Virus record (IMG/VR): IMGVR_UViG_3300032282_001105
Span: 8,306 to 72,305 of that record
From: a virus
Reading direction: 5' to 3' (one strand)
DNA length: 64,000 nucleotides
Made by a program: the position numbers and the translations under genes. Below the pieces are notes generated by a model. That model saw nothing but the letters and a program-made list of their open reading frames with translations, was not told the origin of the DNA and did no database searches. Below, in pieces: positions 32,397 through 41,734 of the stretch. The first letter of the stretch is position 1, and every line of letters starts with the position of its first letter.

Positions 32397-33953
32397 ATGG
32401 CATATACAATCAAAAAGAGTAATGGTACGACACTGACAACCATTGCTGATGGTACTATTAATACGACTAGTACTTCATTGGGCCTACCAGGCAGAAACTA
32501 TGCAGGTTATGGTAACACATTAGACACAAACTTTGTACATCAATTAGAAAATTTTGCAAACACTGCACCTCCTGCAAACCCATTGACAGGTCAATTATGG
32601 TATAATACTAATTCTAATACATTGTACGTATGCCCAACAGACGGTTTAACAGATGCAAATGCTTGGGTTACATTAGCAACTACTTCAGCAAATTCAACGA
32701 CTACTTTTGGTGCAGTTCAGGTTACAGGTAACGTAACTGCTAATAATATTACTGCAAACAATACAGTTACTGGTGCAACAGGTGCTTTCACTAATATTTC
32801 AGTCACTTCTACCGCTAATATCGCATCAGGTACTGCAAACATCGGTACCGGTAACATCACTTCTTTATTCACAAATTCTATCAGCACAAGTTCACAAGCA
32901 AATAATGGAACATTAACTGGTGTATGGACTGCTAATGGTGCAGGAACAGCTAACAGTGTAGCTGGTACAAGTATGTGGGTTACAGGTGGTAACCTTATGG
33001 TATCCTCTAGTGGTGCTTACAATTTTGGTCTTAAAATTGCAAATGCTAACTGCATCATGGATTTTAGCGGTAATCCTATCACGTTCAGTGGTAGTTATAA
33101 TGATAGTAATGTTGCCGCATACTTACCAGTATTTGGGGGTAATATTCTTGCTAACACTGTTACCGCTACACGTATTTCGGGTAGAGCACAGCCTAGTGTT
33201 ACTGCTGGGTCATTTGTTGTCGGTCAAGTGTATATTATTGCTACCATTGGTACTACTGACTTTACATTAATTGGCGCGGCATCCAACACATCTGGTGTAC
33301 AGTTTACTGCTACGGGTATAGGTACAGGTACAGGTACAGCATACTCATTGTCTGCTGTTGCGGCAACTGCATTAGTTGCCGGTTATTCTTATCAAATTGC
33401 AACCGTTGGCTCTGGCACTAACTGGACAAGTATAGGTGCATCATCTGGCGCGGTTGGGGTACAATTTACAGCTACTAGCGCCGGTACAGGCTCTGGGACA
33501 GCATACCCAATCAACTCGTTCTCGGGTATATGGGCACTGAGTGCAGGATCACGTTTAACTGCAACATACGCTGACTTAGCAGAACGATTTGAAGCTGATG
33601 CCTATTACGATGCTGGTACTGTTGTTGAACTTGGTGGAAATAATGAGATTACCGCAGTTCAATATGAATTAAGTGACGAAGTATTTGGGGTAGTATCTGA
33701 CACAGCAGCCTACTTAATGAATGCTGGAGCAGGTAATGACATAACGCATCCTCCAATTGCAGTTGGTGGTCGTGTAAAAGTTAAAGTTACAGGTAAAGTT
33801 AAAAAAGGCCAGCGTTTAGTAAGCGCCGGTAATGGTATGGCTCGTGCCGCAAATGCAGGTGAAGCCACATCATTCAATGTAATCGGTCGTGCTTTAGAAA
33901 ATAAAACTACAGACGATTTAGGGGCCGTAGAAGCCTTTGTTAAAATAAATTAA
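32397..33953 (+). CDS. Tail fibre with C-terminal intramolecular chaperone (peptidase G2/IMC-like) domain
   Basis: N-terminal GRNYAGYG...LENFA...GQLWY. C-terminal YADLAERF...GTVV...GVVS...GRVKVKVTG...LVS pattern. Confidence 0.75.
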   Translation: MAYTIKKSNGTTLTTIADGTINTTSTSLGLPGRNYAGYGNTLDTNFVHQLENFANTAPPANPLTGQLWYNTNSNTLYVCPTDGLTDANAWVTLATTSANSTTTFGAVQVTGNVTANNITANNTVTGATGAFTNISVTSTANIASGTANIGTGNITSLFTNSISTSSQANNGTLTGVWTANGAGTANSVAGTSMWVTGGNLMVSSSGAYNFGLKIANANCIMDFSGNPITFSGSYNDSNVAAYLPVFGGNILANTVTATRISGRAQPSVTAGSFVVGQVYIIATIGTTDFTLIGAASNTSGVQFTATGIGTGTGTAYSLSAVAATALVAGYSYQIATVGSGTNWTSIGASSGAVGVQFTATSAGTGSGTAYPINSFSGIWALSAGSRLTATYADLAERFEADAYYDAGTVVELGGNNEITAVQYELSDEVFGVVSDTAAYLMNAGAGNDITHPPIAVGGRVKVKVTGKVKKGQRLVSAGNGMARAANAGEATSFNVIGRALENKTTDDLGAVEAFVKIN

Positions 33954-33962
33954 GGAAAAGAA

Positions 33963-34913
33963 ATGAGTTACGCACAATACGGGACAATTCAAGCATCAGA
34001 CTACAACACGCTAGTTTACTCTGCGGGTACTACAGCGAATGCGCTTAACACAGTATGGTCTACTGGCAGTGCCGCATTTGGATATGGTCAAACAGCGGAG
34101 GCAAACGTTGCAATTGGCGATACTATCACAGCTAGTAAATGGTCTAATCTTGTTACTAAAACAGCAAACGCCGCAACACATCAAGGCTCAAGTATTACTG
34201 CTGTCACAGCGCCTGCATCTGGTGGAACAATTACTTATTTGTCTGCTGTTCCTACAAACTTACAAACAATTTATACAAATAAGTTAAATGCTTCAACACA
34301 AAGTAGTACTACATCAAATGCAGTAGTATCAGGTGCTACGTGGTCAAGCCTTGCAACATTCACTCATACAGCAACATTTGCGAATGGTGATGCGGCACGT
34401 TATTTCTTTAACTCAGGCGGTCAATTAGCAATTACAGTAGCAAATGCCAATAATACCGCAGGCATTAATTTGTTATTGAATAACTTATGTACCAACGTTG
34501 GTACTGTTGTATTGAGTTCTGTTACTAGTGGTTCTGCAACTATTGCAGGTACATCATACAATGGTGTTACTAAAGTTGGTGGCGGTGGTAATGCCCCTAC
34601 TGTGTCAACAAACAGCGGTTACTATGCTTGGACAACTAGTAATGCTAACGTGTTTACACAAACAGCAAGTACTGGTCCTGCAAGTTATTTAGGTACATTT
34701 ATCCGAGTTATTGTTAAAACTAATGGCCCGGTTGGTTCAAACGGTGACGTTGGTAACGTTGTTACTATCTATACAGTTTGGGATGAAATTCCAGATGGTT
34801 TAACAGTTGGTACAGGATCTACAACTACATTAACTGTACGTCCACCAGAAGTTACTAATATCGCTAACACTTGGGGAACTATTTCTCTAGCTGGCTCAGT
34901 AACGCAAGCATAA
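33963..34913 (+). CDS. Virion structural protein (fibre-associated)
   Basis: Thr/Ser/Ala/Gly-rich with ARYFFNSGGQ motif; follows the fibre gene; AAGGA RBS. Confidence 0.6.
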   Translation: MSYAQYGTIQASDYNTLVYSAGTTANALNTVWSTGSAAFGYGQTAEANVAIGDTITASKWSNLVTKTANAATHQGSSITAVTAPASGGTITYLSAVPTNLQTIYTNKLNASTQSSTTSNAVVSGATWSSLATFTHTATFANGDAARYFFNSGGQLAITVANANNTAGINLLLNNLCTNVGTVVLSSVTSGSATIAGTSYNGVTKVGGGGNAPTVSTNSGYYAWTTSNANVFTQTASTGPASYLGTFIRVIVKTNGPVGSNGDVGNVVTIYTVWDEIPDGLTVGTGSTTTLTVRPPEVTNIANTWGTISLAGSVTQA

Positions 34914-34937
34914 TTTTTTGACATCTTGGTATCCATC

Positions 34938-34943
34938 TAAATA
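34938..34943 (+). promoter_or_regulatory. Late promoter motif TAAATA at the head of the modification island
   Basis: CTAAATA followed by AGGAG RBS and the ATG at 34961; same motif precedes the structural genes. Confidence 0.55.
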
Positions 34944-34960
34944 CTCTTAGGAGAACATAG

Positions 34961-35266
34961 ATGGATACCAAAACCTTACTTACTGAGGCGAAAGCTAGAT
35001 TCAATCTCAACAGTGCAAAAGCACAATTAAAAGACAAATATGATGGCAAGCTTATTATTGCCAGTCAAGGTGGCTTGTGGAAAGCTGACCAACAAACAAT
35101 TAATTTCTTATCTAGTTTTGATACCGAAACTGTAATTTTAATAGATACTTTTGATAGTCCTGTAACTGTTGATAGAGTTGCATTATTAGATAAATTGAAA
35201 AATTTATATTCCGATGTAATGACAGCTTGGCACGATGAATATAAAGAGATAGAGAATACACGATGA
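34961..35266 (+). CDS. Hypothetical protein
   Basis: 101-aa ORF with AGGAG RBS and ATGA coupling to the next gene. Confidence 0.75.
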   Translation: MDTKTLLTEAKARFNLNSAKAQLKDKYDGKLIIASQGGLWKADQQTINFLSSFDTETVILIDTFDSPVTVDRVALLDKLKNLYSDVMTAWHDEYKEIENTR

Positions 35267-36066
35267 GCAGAGGTGCAATATTATTTGCGTTCAACTCACC
35301 TAAATTTGACTATTATAAAATGGCGGTTGCAACAGCAAAAAGAGTTAATCACTTTTTGGATATACCAGTCACTGTTGTGACTGACAAATCTTCTGTATCT
35401 AATGACCTGTATCAATTTGATAAAACAATATTAGTTGAACCCGATAAAAGCAATAATAGGGATTGGGGAATGTGGATTAATAAAGGGCGATATCAAGCAT
35501 ATGAATTAAGCCCATATGACGAAACACTATTACTTGATACTGACTATATGGTCAATTCAAATAAAACATTAGATATCTTTAATTATTATGATGACTTCTC
35601 CTGTCACAATAAAACAAACTTTTTGATGCAACCGAGCTTACCGCAAGAAGTACTAAGCGTCTATAGCTTTGAAACATTGTGGGCAACCGTTGTTGCATTT
35701 AAAAAATCAAACCGTGCTAAACAGATATTTGATTGTTTGGAAATGATTCAAAAGAATTTCAATCATTATGCAGAGATACACGGTTTTGTGTCTGGTACAT
35801 ATAGAAATGATTATGCACTAACATTAGCATTAAGAATAGTTAACGGTCATTCTTCAATTAAAAGAGATTTCATTCCCTGGAATTTAGTTCATTTGGGACA
35901 ACGAAATGTACATATCTATCGAAATAATGATGACGAATTCAATACAGAATATACCGTTACATATGATAATCATCAGCGTGGCAAAATTCGTAAAGAATAC
36001 ATTACTATTAAAGATTTCGATTTCCACGTAATGAATAAAGATAATTTTCTGGAGTTAATAGAATGA
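35263..36066 (+). CDS. GT-A fold glycosyltransferase-like protein (GT8-like)
   Basis: SPYDETLLLDTD (DxD motif) and RNDYAL. Confidence 0.65.
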   Translation: MSRGAILFAFNSPKFDYYKMAVATAKRVNHFLDIPVTVVTDKSSVSNDLYQFDKTILVEPDKSNNRDWGMWINKGRYQAYELSPYDETLLLDTDYMVNSNKTLDIFNYYDDFSCHNKTNFLMQPSLPQEVLSVYSFETLWATVVAFKKSNRAKQIFDCLEMIQKNFNHYAEIHGFVSGTYRNDYALTLALRIVNGHSSIKRDFIPWNLVHLGQRNVHIYRNNDDEFNTEYTVTYDNHQRGKIRKEYITIKDFDFHVMNKDNFLELIE

Positions 36067-36836
36067 CAAGAGGCTTTGTAATTATGGCACAAAACACAGA
36101 AAAAACAGACTATGTTAAATGTGCTAAAGCTTTAGAACTAAGCATTAAACGTGTTATGCCAAATGCAAATGTAACTATCATAACAACAGATATGTTACCA
36201 CACGGAGATGTTGTCCCTGATAGTGATTGGAAACTAGCTAACGATTGGCAAGTATATGAAGCAAGCCCGTATGATGAAACTATTAAACTAGAAGCAGATA
36301 TGTTCATACCAAGAAATATTGAACATTGGTTTGATATTTTAAGTATACAGGACGTGGTGCTTTGTACAAAAATACGTAATTATAAAAGTGAGATATCAAC
36401 TAATCGGTCTTATAGAAAGTTCATAGATGATAACAATTTACCTGATGTATATAATGCAATTACATATTTTAAAAAATCAGAAACAGCAGAACAGTTTTTT
36501 AATACAGTAAGAAATATATTTGAAAATTGGGAAGACTATAAAACAATATTAAGATGCAAACCACAGGAAGAAGTATCTACTGATTGGGCATACGCTATAG
36601 CTAGTCATTTAATCGGTAGAGAAAAAACGACTCTTCCCAATTTTGATGAATTGTCAATGGTACATATGAAGCAGTATATTAATGGAACTAACACAGAAGA
36701 TTGGACTGATACTTTAATATATGAATGTTTATCGGATGTTATTAGAGTAAACACATATACACAGATGTATCCATTCCACTATCATTCAAAGTCATTTAGT
36801 GATAAAATACTAGAGAGGTACAAATGGAACACATAA
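36063..36836 (+). CDS. Glycosyltransferase-like paralogue
   Basis: SPYDETIKLEAD, paralogous to the upstream gene, with ExD in place of DxD. Confidence 0.6.
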   Translation: MTRGFVIMAQNTEKTDYVKCAKALELSIKRVMPNANVTIITTDMLPHGDVVPDSDWKLANDWQVYEASPYDETIKLEADMFIPRNIEHWFDILSIQDVVLCTKIRNYKSEISTNRSYRKFIDDNNLPDVYNAITYFKKSETAEQFFNTVRNIFENWEDYKTILRCKPQEEVSTDWAYAIASHLIGREKTTLPNFDELSMVHMKQYINGTNTEDWTDTLIYECLSDVIRVNTYTQMYPFHYHSKSFSDKILERYKWNT

Positions 36837-37156
36837 TTATATGGGAACCAAAACCGTTAGAAAAGCCTGAATTTAGATTATATTATGATGATAAAGGTAA
36901 GGCACTTTTTTATAGTTGTGAAAAACCTGAAGGCAATTACATTGTTATTGATGCTACAACGTATGCAATTGGTAAACCCGATGTAAGAGTCATTGATGGA
37001 AAAATCTCAACAGTTACACCCGAAGCAGTTGTTTCAAAATTAATGCCAAGCGATGAAGGTGTTACCTGTACTGAAGAAGATATAAGTATAGTGGTTGATG
37101 ATAACTATACAGAAAAAACTATTAAATGGAAATTAACTACATATGAACTCGGATGA
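36824..37156 (+). CDS. Hypothetical protein
   Basis: 110-aa ORF overlapping both neighbours in the operon. Confidence 0.7.
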   Translation: MEHIIIWEPKPLEKPEFRLYYDDKGKALFYSCEKPEGNYIVIDATTYAIGKPDVRVIDGKISTVTPEAVVSKLMPSDEGVTCTEEDISIVVDDNYTEKTIKWKLTTYELG

Positions 37157-38096
37157 TATTATTGATGTAGCAGATTTAGATTGCATTTATCTAAGCTACG
37201 ATGAACCACAAAAAGAAGAATTCTGGCTTAAGATTAAACATATGGTGCCTTGGGCTAAACGTGTTGACAATGTTAAAGGTAGTGATGCCGCACACAAAGC
37301 CGCAGGTGAAGCTAGTGATACTGAACGCTTCATTCTAATCGATGGCGATAATATGCCAGATGAATCATTCTTTAATATTCAACTTGATTTTACAGATAAA
37401 GATGAGACATTCCGTAAAGCACAGTTTCGTTGGAAAGCAATTAACTCTATCAATGGATTACGCTATGGCAATGGTGGAATGAGTTCTTGGACAAAAACAT
37501 ATGTACGTGAAATGCAAACACACGAACATCAAACTGATGGTGATGAATCACGTATTGCTGATTTTTGCTTAGATAGCAAAGATAATTTGTATTGGGCAAT
37601 GTATAACTGTTATTCAACAACGTATCCCAATCATACACCATTTCAAGCTTGGCGTGCAGGTTTCCGCGAAGGTGTGAAGATGAGTTTGAATCGCGGTCTA
37701 CGTCCATCAGTAGATGAATTTAAAGAAACAGTAGCTACACGCAATCTAAACAATCTTACTGTTTGGCACAACATTGGGGCTGATGTTGAGAATGGTATGT
37801 GGGCTATATATGGTGCAAGACTTGGAACATATATGACTATGCTTACTGAATGGGATGTACATAATGTTCAATGGTTTGATAACTATATCACATTGTGGGA
37901 AGAACACGAACATAGAGATCCTGCAATTGAAGCCGAATTATTAGGCACAGCACTAAGCGATAAATTAGGTTTGCCTATGTGTATTCATAGCCCTGAACAA
38001 AGCAAATTCTTTAAGCGTCATTACAAGGCTGATTTTAAAAATAAAGATCCTCTTGTAACTGAAATGGATGTGATTCGTAGTATTGAGGGCTGGTGA
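37143..38096 (+). CDS. GT-A fold glycosyltransferase-like protein
   Basis: IYLSYDEP, AAHKAAG...FILIDGD (DxD), NGLRYGNGG, AWRAGFRE. Confidence 0.6.
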   Translation: MNSDDIIDVADLDCIYLSYDEPQKEEFWLKIKHMVPWAKRVDNVKGSDAAHKAAGEASDTERFILIDGDNMPDESFFNIQLDFTDKDETFRKAQFRWKAINSINGLRYGNGGMSSWTKTYVREMQTHEHQTDGDESRIADFCLDSKDNLYWAMYNCYSTTYPNHTPFQAWRAGFREGVKMSLNRGLRPSVDEFKETVATRNLNNLTVWHNIGADVENGMWAIYGARLGTYMTMLTEWDVHNVQWFDNYITLWEEHEHRDPAIEAELLGTALSDKLGLPMCIHSPEQSKFFKRHYKADFKNKDPLVTEMDVIRSIEGW

Positions 38097-38704
38097 TGGA
38101 ATGGTATACTCACCACTCGGACAAATATACTGAATGGAATTTATATTTAAATTCGATAGAGAAATATTTTAATGTATGTAAAGATAACACTGTTTTAGAA
38201 ATAGCACCGTTGTTTGGTACACATACTAATTTAATTAAACATCACGGTGCTAAACAAATTACATTTGTTGAAATAAATGACAATGCAGTAAATGCGGCAT
38301 TACCCAACACGCATCCAGATTGTGAACTAATTATAGGTGATATATTTTCATACTTGTCAACTCCTAAAAAATTTGACGTAGTTGTGTGTTGCGGATTACT
38401 TTATCATCTGCACTCTCCGTTATATCTATTAGAATTGATTGCAAATAACATAGCACCTAAATTTATTATGTTAGAAACTTTTCCTTATAATCACGAAAAG
38501 ATGCACCACGCTTTAGTAAAAATTGAAGAAAATGAATCGTTACCTGATTGGAAAACGTGTGGTATTAAACTTGGTTTGGATCAAGAAATTTTTATAATTG
38601 CTATGAAAAATTTAGGGTATAAGTTAATAACAAGTGATACTAATATTACTAAGCCATCAAATCCTGATGCTGATTTGTTTTTAGGAGTGTTTGAAAAAAT
38701 ATGA
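38096..38704 (+). CDS. Class I SAM-dependent methyltransferase
   Basis: VLEIAPLFG motif I, ITFVE, GDI, FDVVVCCGLLYHL. TGATG coupling. Confidence 0.8.
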   Translation: MEWYTHHSDKYTEWNLYLNSIEKYFNVCKDNTVLEIAPLFGTHTNLIKHHGAKQITFVEINDNAVNAALPNTHPDCELIIGDIFSYLSTPKKFDVVVCCGLLYHLHSPLYLLELIANNIAPKFIMLETFPYNHEKMHHALVKIEENESLPDWKTCGIKLGLDQEIFIIAMKNLGYKLITSDTNITKPSNPDADLFLGVFEKI

Positions 38705-40266
38705 GCGGAGAATACGACCAATTTGCTAGAGATATGCGTGACCGCTTGAATGCGGTCAGTCCATCTTTGTGTCTTGCTAAATGGCAACAGGTAAGTTTGC
38801 ATTTACCTAGCGGACTAACACAAAGTTGCTATCATCCACCGACACATAAAATTCCATTAGAATTATTAGAAAGTAAACCCAGTACATTACATAATACTCC
38901 TATTAAAATACAAGAACGTAAGGAGATGCTTGCAGGTAAACGTCCTAGTGGTTGTGCTTATTGTTGGAAAGTAGAAGATGCAAAAAGTGATGACCCAAAC
39001 GGTCATTTAAGTGATAGACATTATCGTAGTAGCGAATGGTGGAATGCCCCAACATTTGAAGAAGTAACACAAAACTCATTTGACTATGACGTAACACCTA
39101 GATATGTAGAAGTTAATTTCAATCAGGCCTGCAACTTCAAGTGTATGTATTGTAGCCCCCATCTTTCTACTAGTTGGGAAGAAGAAATTAAAAAACACGG
39201 TGGTTATCAATTAACCAATATGGTTCATAATAATATAGAAGCACTTGAAAAAAGTGGATTGATGCCACTTAAAGTAGCAAACAAAGACAATCCATATGTT
39301 GACGCTTTCTGGAAATGGTTCCCTGAAATCTATCGCAAACTACGTGTGTTTAGAATGACAGGTGGTGAACCACTTATGGACAAGAACACATTCAAAGTGT
39401 TAGATTACGTGAATGAAAATCCTCACGGTCAGCTTGAGTTATCCATCACAAGCAATATGTGCCCGCCCGATCAGAAGTTATTTGATAAGTTTGTTGAAAA
39501 AGTCAAAGCTATTGAAACATTACGCACATACGAAGATAAAGAAAACTTTAATGAATTCAGCGGCAATCATTGGTATGTAGATAAAGGATTCAAACACTTT
39601 TGGTTGTTTGTATCACTTGACGGATTTGGTGAACAAGCTGAATATATGCGTACTGGTTTAGAGTTTGACCGAATGTTAAACAATGTACGTACTTTCTTAC
39701 GTGAGACAAAATATTCTACTGTGAGCTTTATCAACACATTTAACATAATGTCTATACCAAGCTTACATAAATTTTTAGCTATGGTCTTAGAATTACGTGC
39801 AGAGTTTGGTGGAAGAAGTCAAGTTGAGTTTGAGATTGCACCCGATCAAACTGATACTGAAAAAGAAAATAACATTGTTCACAAAGTTTACAAACAAAAG
39901 AAGTTTCAACGTGTATTTTTTGACATTCCAATCTTACGATATCCGCCGTGGTTCAGTATACAGAACAGTGGACAATATGGCATTGATGAAGTAGAACGTT
40001 GTTTAAAATATATGGAAGACAATGTACAAGATGATGACTATTTGGAAACATTCGAGGGTTTTAAACCATATGAGATATTGAAAATTAAGCGAGACCTTGC
40101 TATAATGAAAGAATCTCTACCCCAAGAACAATTGTTACTAAATAAGAAGAACTTCTATATGTTTATTACTGAATATGATAGACGTAGACAAACGAATTTT
40201 ATGGAAACATTCCCCGAATTAAAAGGATATTGGAGAGAATGTATCAAAGCACATACCAAACATTAA
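38701..40266 (+). CDS. Radical SAM protein 1, N-terminal twitch/SPASM-like domain
   Basis: CNFKCMYC, TGGEP; N-terminal CLAKW..SCYH..CAYCW. Confidence 0.92.
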   Translation: MSGEYDQFARDMRDRLNAVSPSLCLAKWQQVSLHLPSGLTQSCYHPPTHKIPLELLESKPSTLHNTPIKIQERKEMLAGKRPSGCAYCWKVEDAKSDDPNGHLSDRHYRSSEWWNAPTFEEVTQNSFDYDVTPRYVEVNFNQACNFKCMYCSPHLSTSWEEEIKKHGGYQLTNMVHNNIEALEKSGLMPLKVANKDNPYVDAFWKWFPEIYRKLRVFRMTGGEPLMDKNTFKVLDYVNENPHGQLELSITSNMCPPDQKLFDKFVEKVKAIETLRTYEDKENFNEFSGNHWYVDKGFKHFWLFVSLDGFGEQAEYMRTGLEFDRMLNNVRTFLRETKYSTVSFINTFNIMSIPSLHKFLAMVLELRAEFGGRSQVEFEIAPDQTDTEKENNIVHKVYKQKKFQRVFFDIPILRYPPWFSIQNSGQYGIDEVERCLKYMEDNVQDDDYLETFEGFKPYEILKIKRDLAIMKESLPQEQLLLNKKNFYMFITEYDRRRQTNFMETFPELKGYWRECIKAHTKH

Positions 40267-40267
40267 A

Positions 40268-41722
40268 ATGTCATCAAAAAAATATAACGAATCTTTTTCA
40301 GAATACAAAGCAAGATTAATTGACCCAGTAAGTGAAAGCTTTTGTGCCGCTAAATGGCTCAATGCTACTATCTGGTTGGGTAATGGTCAAACAACAAGTT
40401 GTCATCATCCACCTGGCCATCAGATTAATGCAGCCGAATTAGCAACTAATCCTACAGCAATTCACAATACACAACATAAAAAACTTATGCGTGAGATGAT
40501 GCAAATTGGCAAGAGACCAAAAGAATGTGAATACTGTTGGAAAATTGAAGATATGGAACGCGGTGCAATGAGCGACCGTGTTTATAAAACTGCGGTATTT
40601 GATGAAGCTGATATTAACAAAGCGGCACATAGTGATTGGCAAGATAACACAATGTTAAAAACATTGGAGATCAGTTTTGACCGTACGTGCAATTTTGCTT
40701 GTAGTTATTGTAATCCAAGTTTTAGTACAACGTGGGTAAAAGATATTAACAAGTTTGGTCCCTACAAAAACCTCGAGGGTGATGCAAGAGACCATTTTAA
40801 TAATGCCGCCGAGTCTGCTAAGCCTATACCAGATGAACAGAATCCATATACACAGGCTTTTTGGAAGTGGTGGGAAATGCCAAATGGTTTAGCTGATAAC
40901 CTAGAAGAAATACGTATTACAGGTGGTGAGCCATTAATGGCACCAGGCGTATGGAAATTATTCGAATGGTTCAGAGACAATCAACAACGTGTAATGAATA
41001 GACCTGATGGTAAAGTTATGCGTTTTGCTATCAATACTAACTTAGTACCTAGCGATGAGATTATGGATAGACTTATACAACTAAGTCACTATGTGCCCCA
41101 TTTAGAAATCTATACTAGCTGTGAGAGTTTTGGCCAACACGCACAATATATTCGTGACGGATTTGATTGGAACAAATGGATTCACAATTTACAAAGACTT
41201 CATAAAGAAAGTAATGTGAAAAAGACACATATGATGATGACTGTTAACAGTCTATGTCTTGCTAGTATTGTGCCTTTTATGGATCAAATGATTACATTTA
41301 AACAATTATATGATTCAATGTTCCCTATAATGACACTTAACATTTTACGATTTCCTAGTTTTCAGAGTTGTGTAGTGTTACCGGATCACATTAGAGAAAA
41401 ATATAGAAATGAATTACAAATTTGGTTGAACAATCAGATACAAATGAATCTTCATAATAGTAAAGGTGAGCCTTTATTATTACAAATGGAACGTGAACAC
41501 GTGCAAAGATTGATTGATTATTTGGATGTAGTGAAAACACCACATAGATATATGTCAGATATTGAAGTAACACGTAGAGATTTTAAACAATTCTATCATC
41601 AATATGATATTCGTAGAGGTAAGAATTTTAGAGCAACTTTCCCTCCTGAGTTTGTGCAATTTTATGATAGTATAGATGCACAATTGTCCCCACCAGAACA
41701 AATACTATCCGGTATTAATTAA
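40268..41722 (+). CDS. Radical SAM protein 2
   Basis: CNFACSYC, TGGEP; CAAKW..SCHH..CEYCW. Confidence 0.92.
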   Translation: MSSKKYNESFSEYKARLIDPVSESFCAAKWLNATIWLGNGQTTSCHHPPGHQINAAELATNPTAIHNTQHKKLMREMMQIGKRPKECEYCWKIEDMERGAMSDRVYKTAVFDEADINKAAHSDWQDNTMLKTLEISFDRTCNFACSYCNPSFSTTWVKDINKFGPYKNLEGDARDHFNNAAESAKPIPDEQNPYTQAFWKWWEMPNGLADNLEEIRITGGEPLMAPGVWKLFEWFRDNQQRVMNRPDGKVMRFAINTNLVPSDEIMDRLIQLSHYVPHLEIYTSCESFGQHAQYIRDGFDWNKWIHNLQRLHKESNVKKTHMMMTVNSLCLASIVPFMDQMITFKQLYDSMFPIMTLNILRFPSFQSCVVLPDHIREKYRNELQIWLNNQIQMNLHNSKGEPLLLQMEREHVQRLIDYLDVVKTPHRYMSDIEVTRRDFKQFYHQYDIRRGKNFRATFPPEFVQFYDSIDAQLSPPEQILSGIN

Positions 41723-41734
41723 CAAGAGAAAATT

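Noticed and set aside
31595-37156. RiPP precursor peptide for the radical SAM array (49-, 101- or 110-aa ORFs)
   Set aside because: No leader/core pattern, RRE/PqqD domain, transporter or dedicated peptidase is visible, and the surrounding genes are sugar-related. Not fully excluded.
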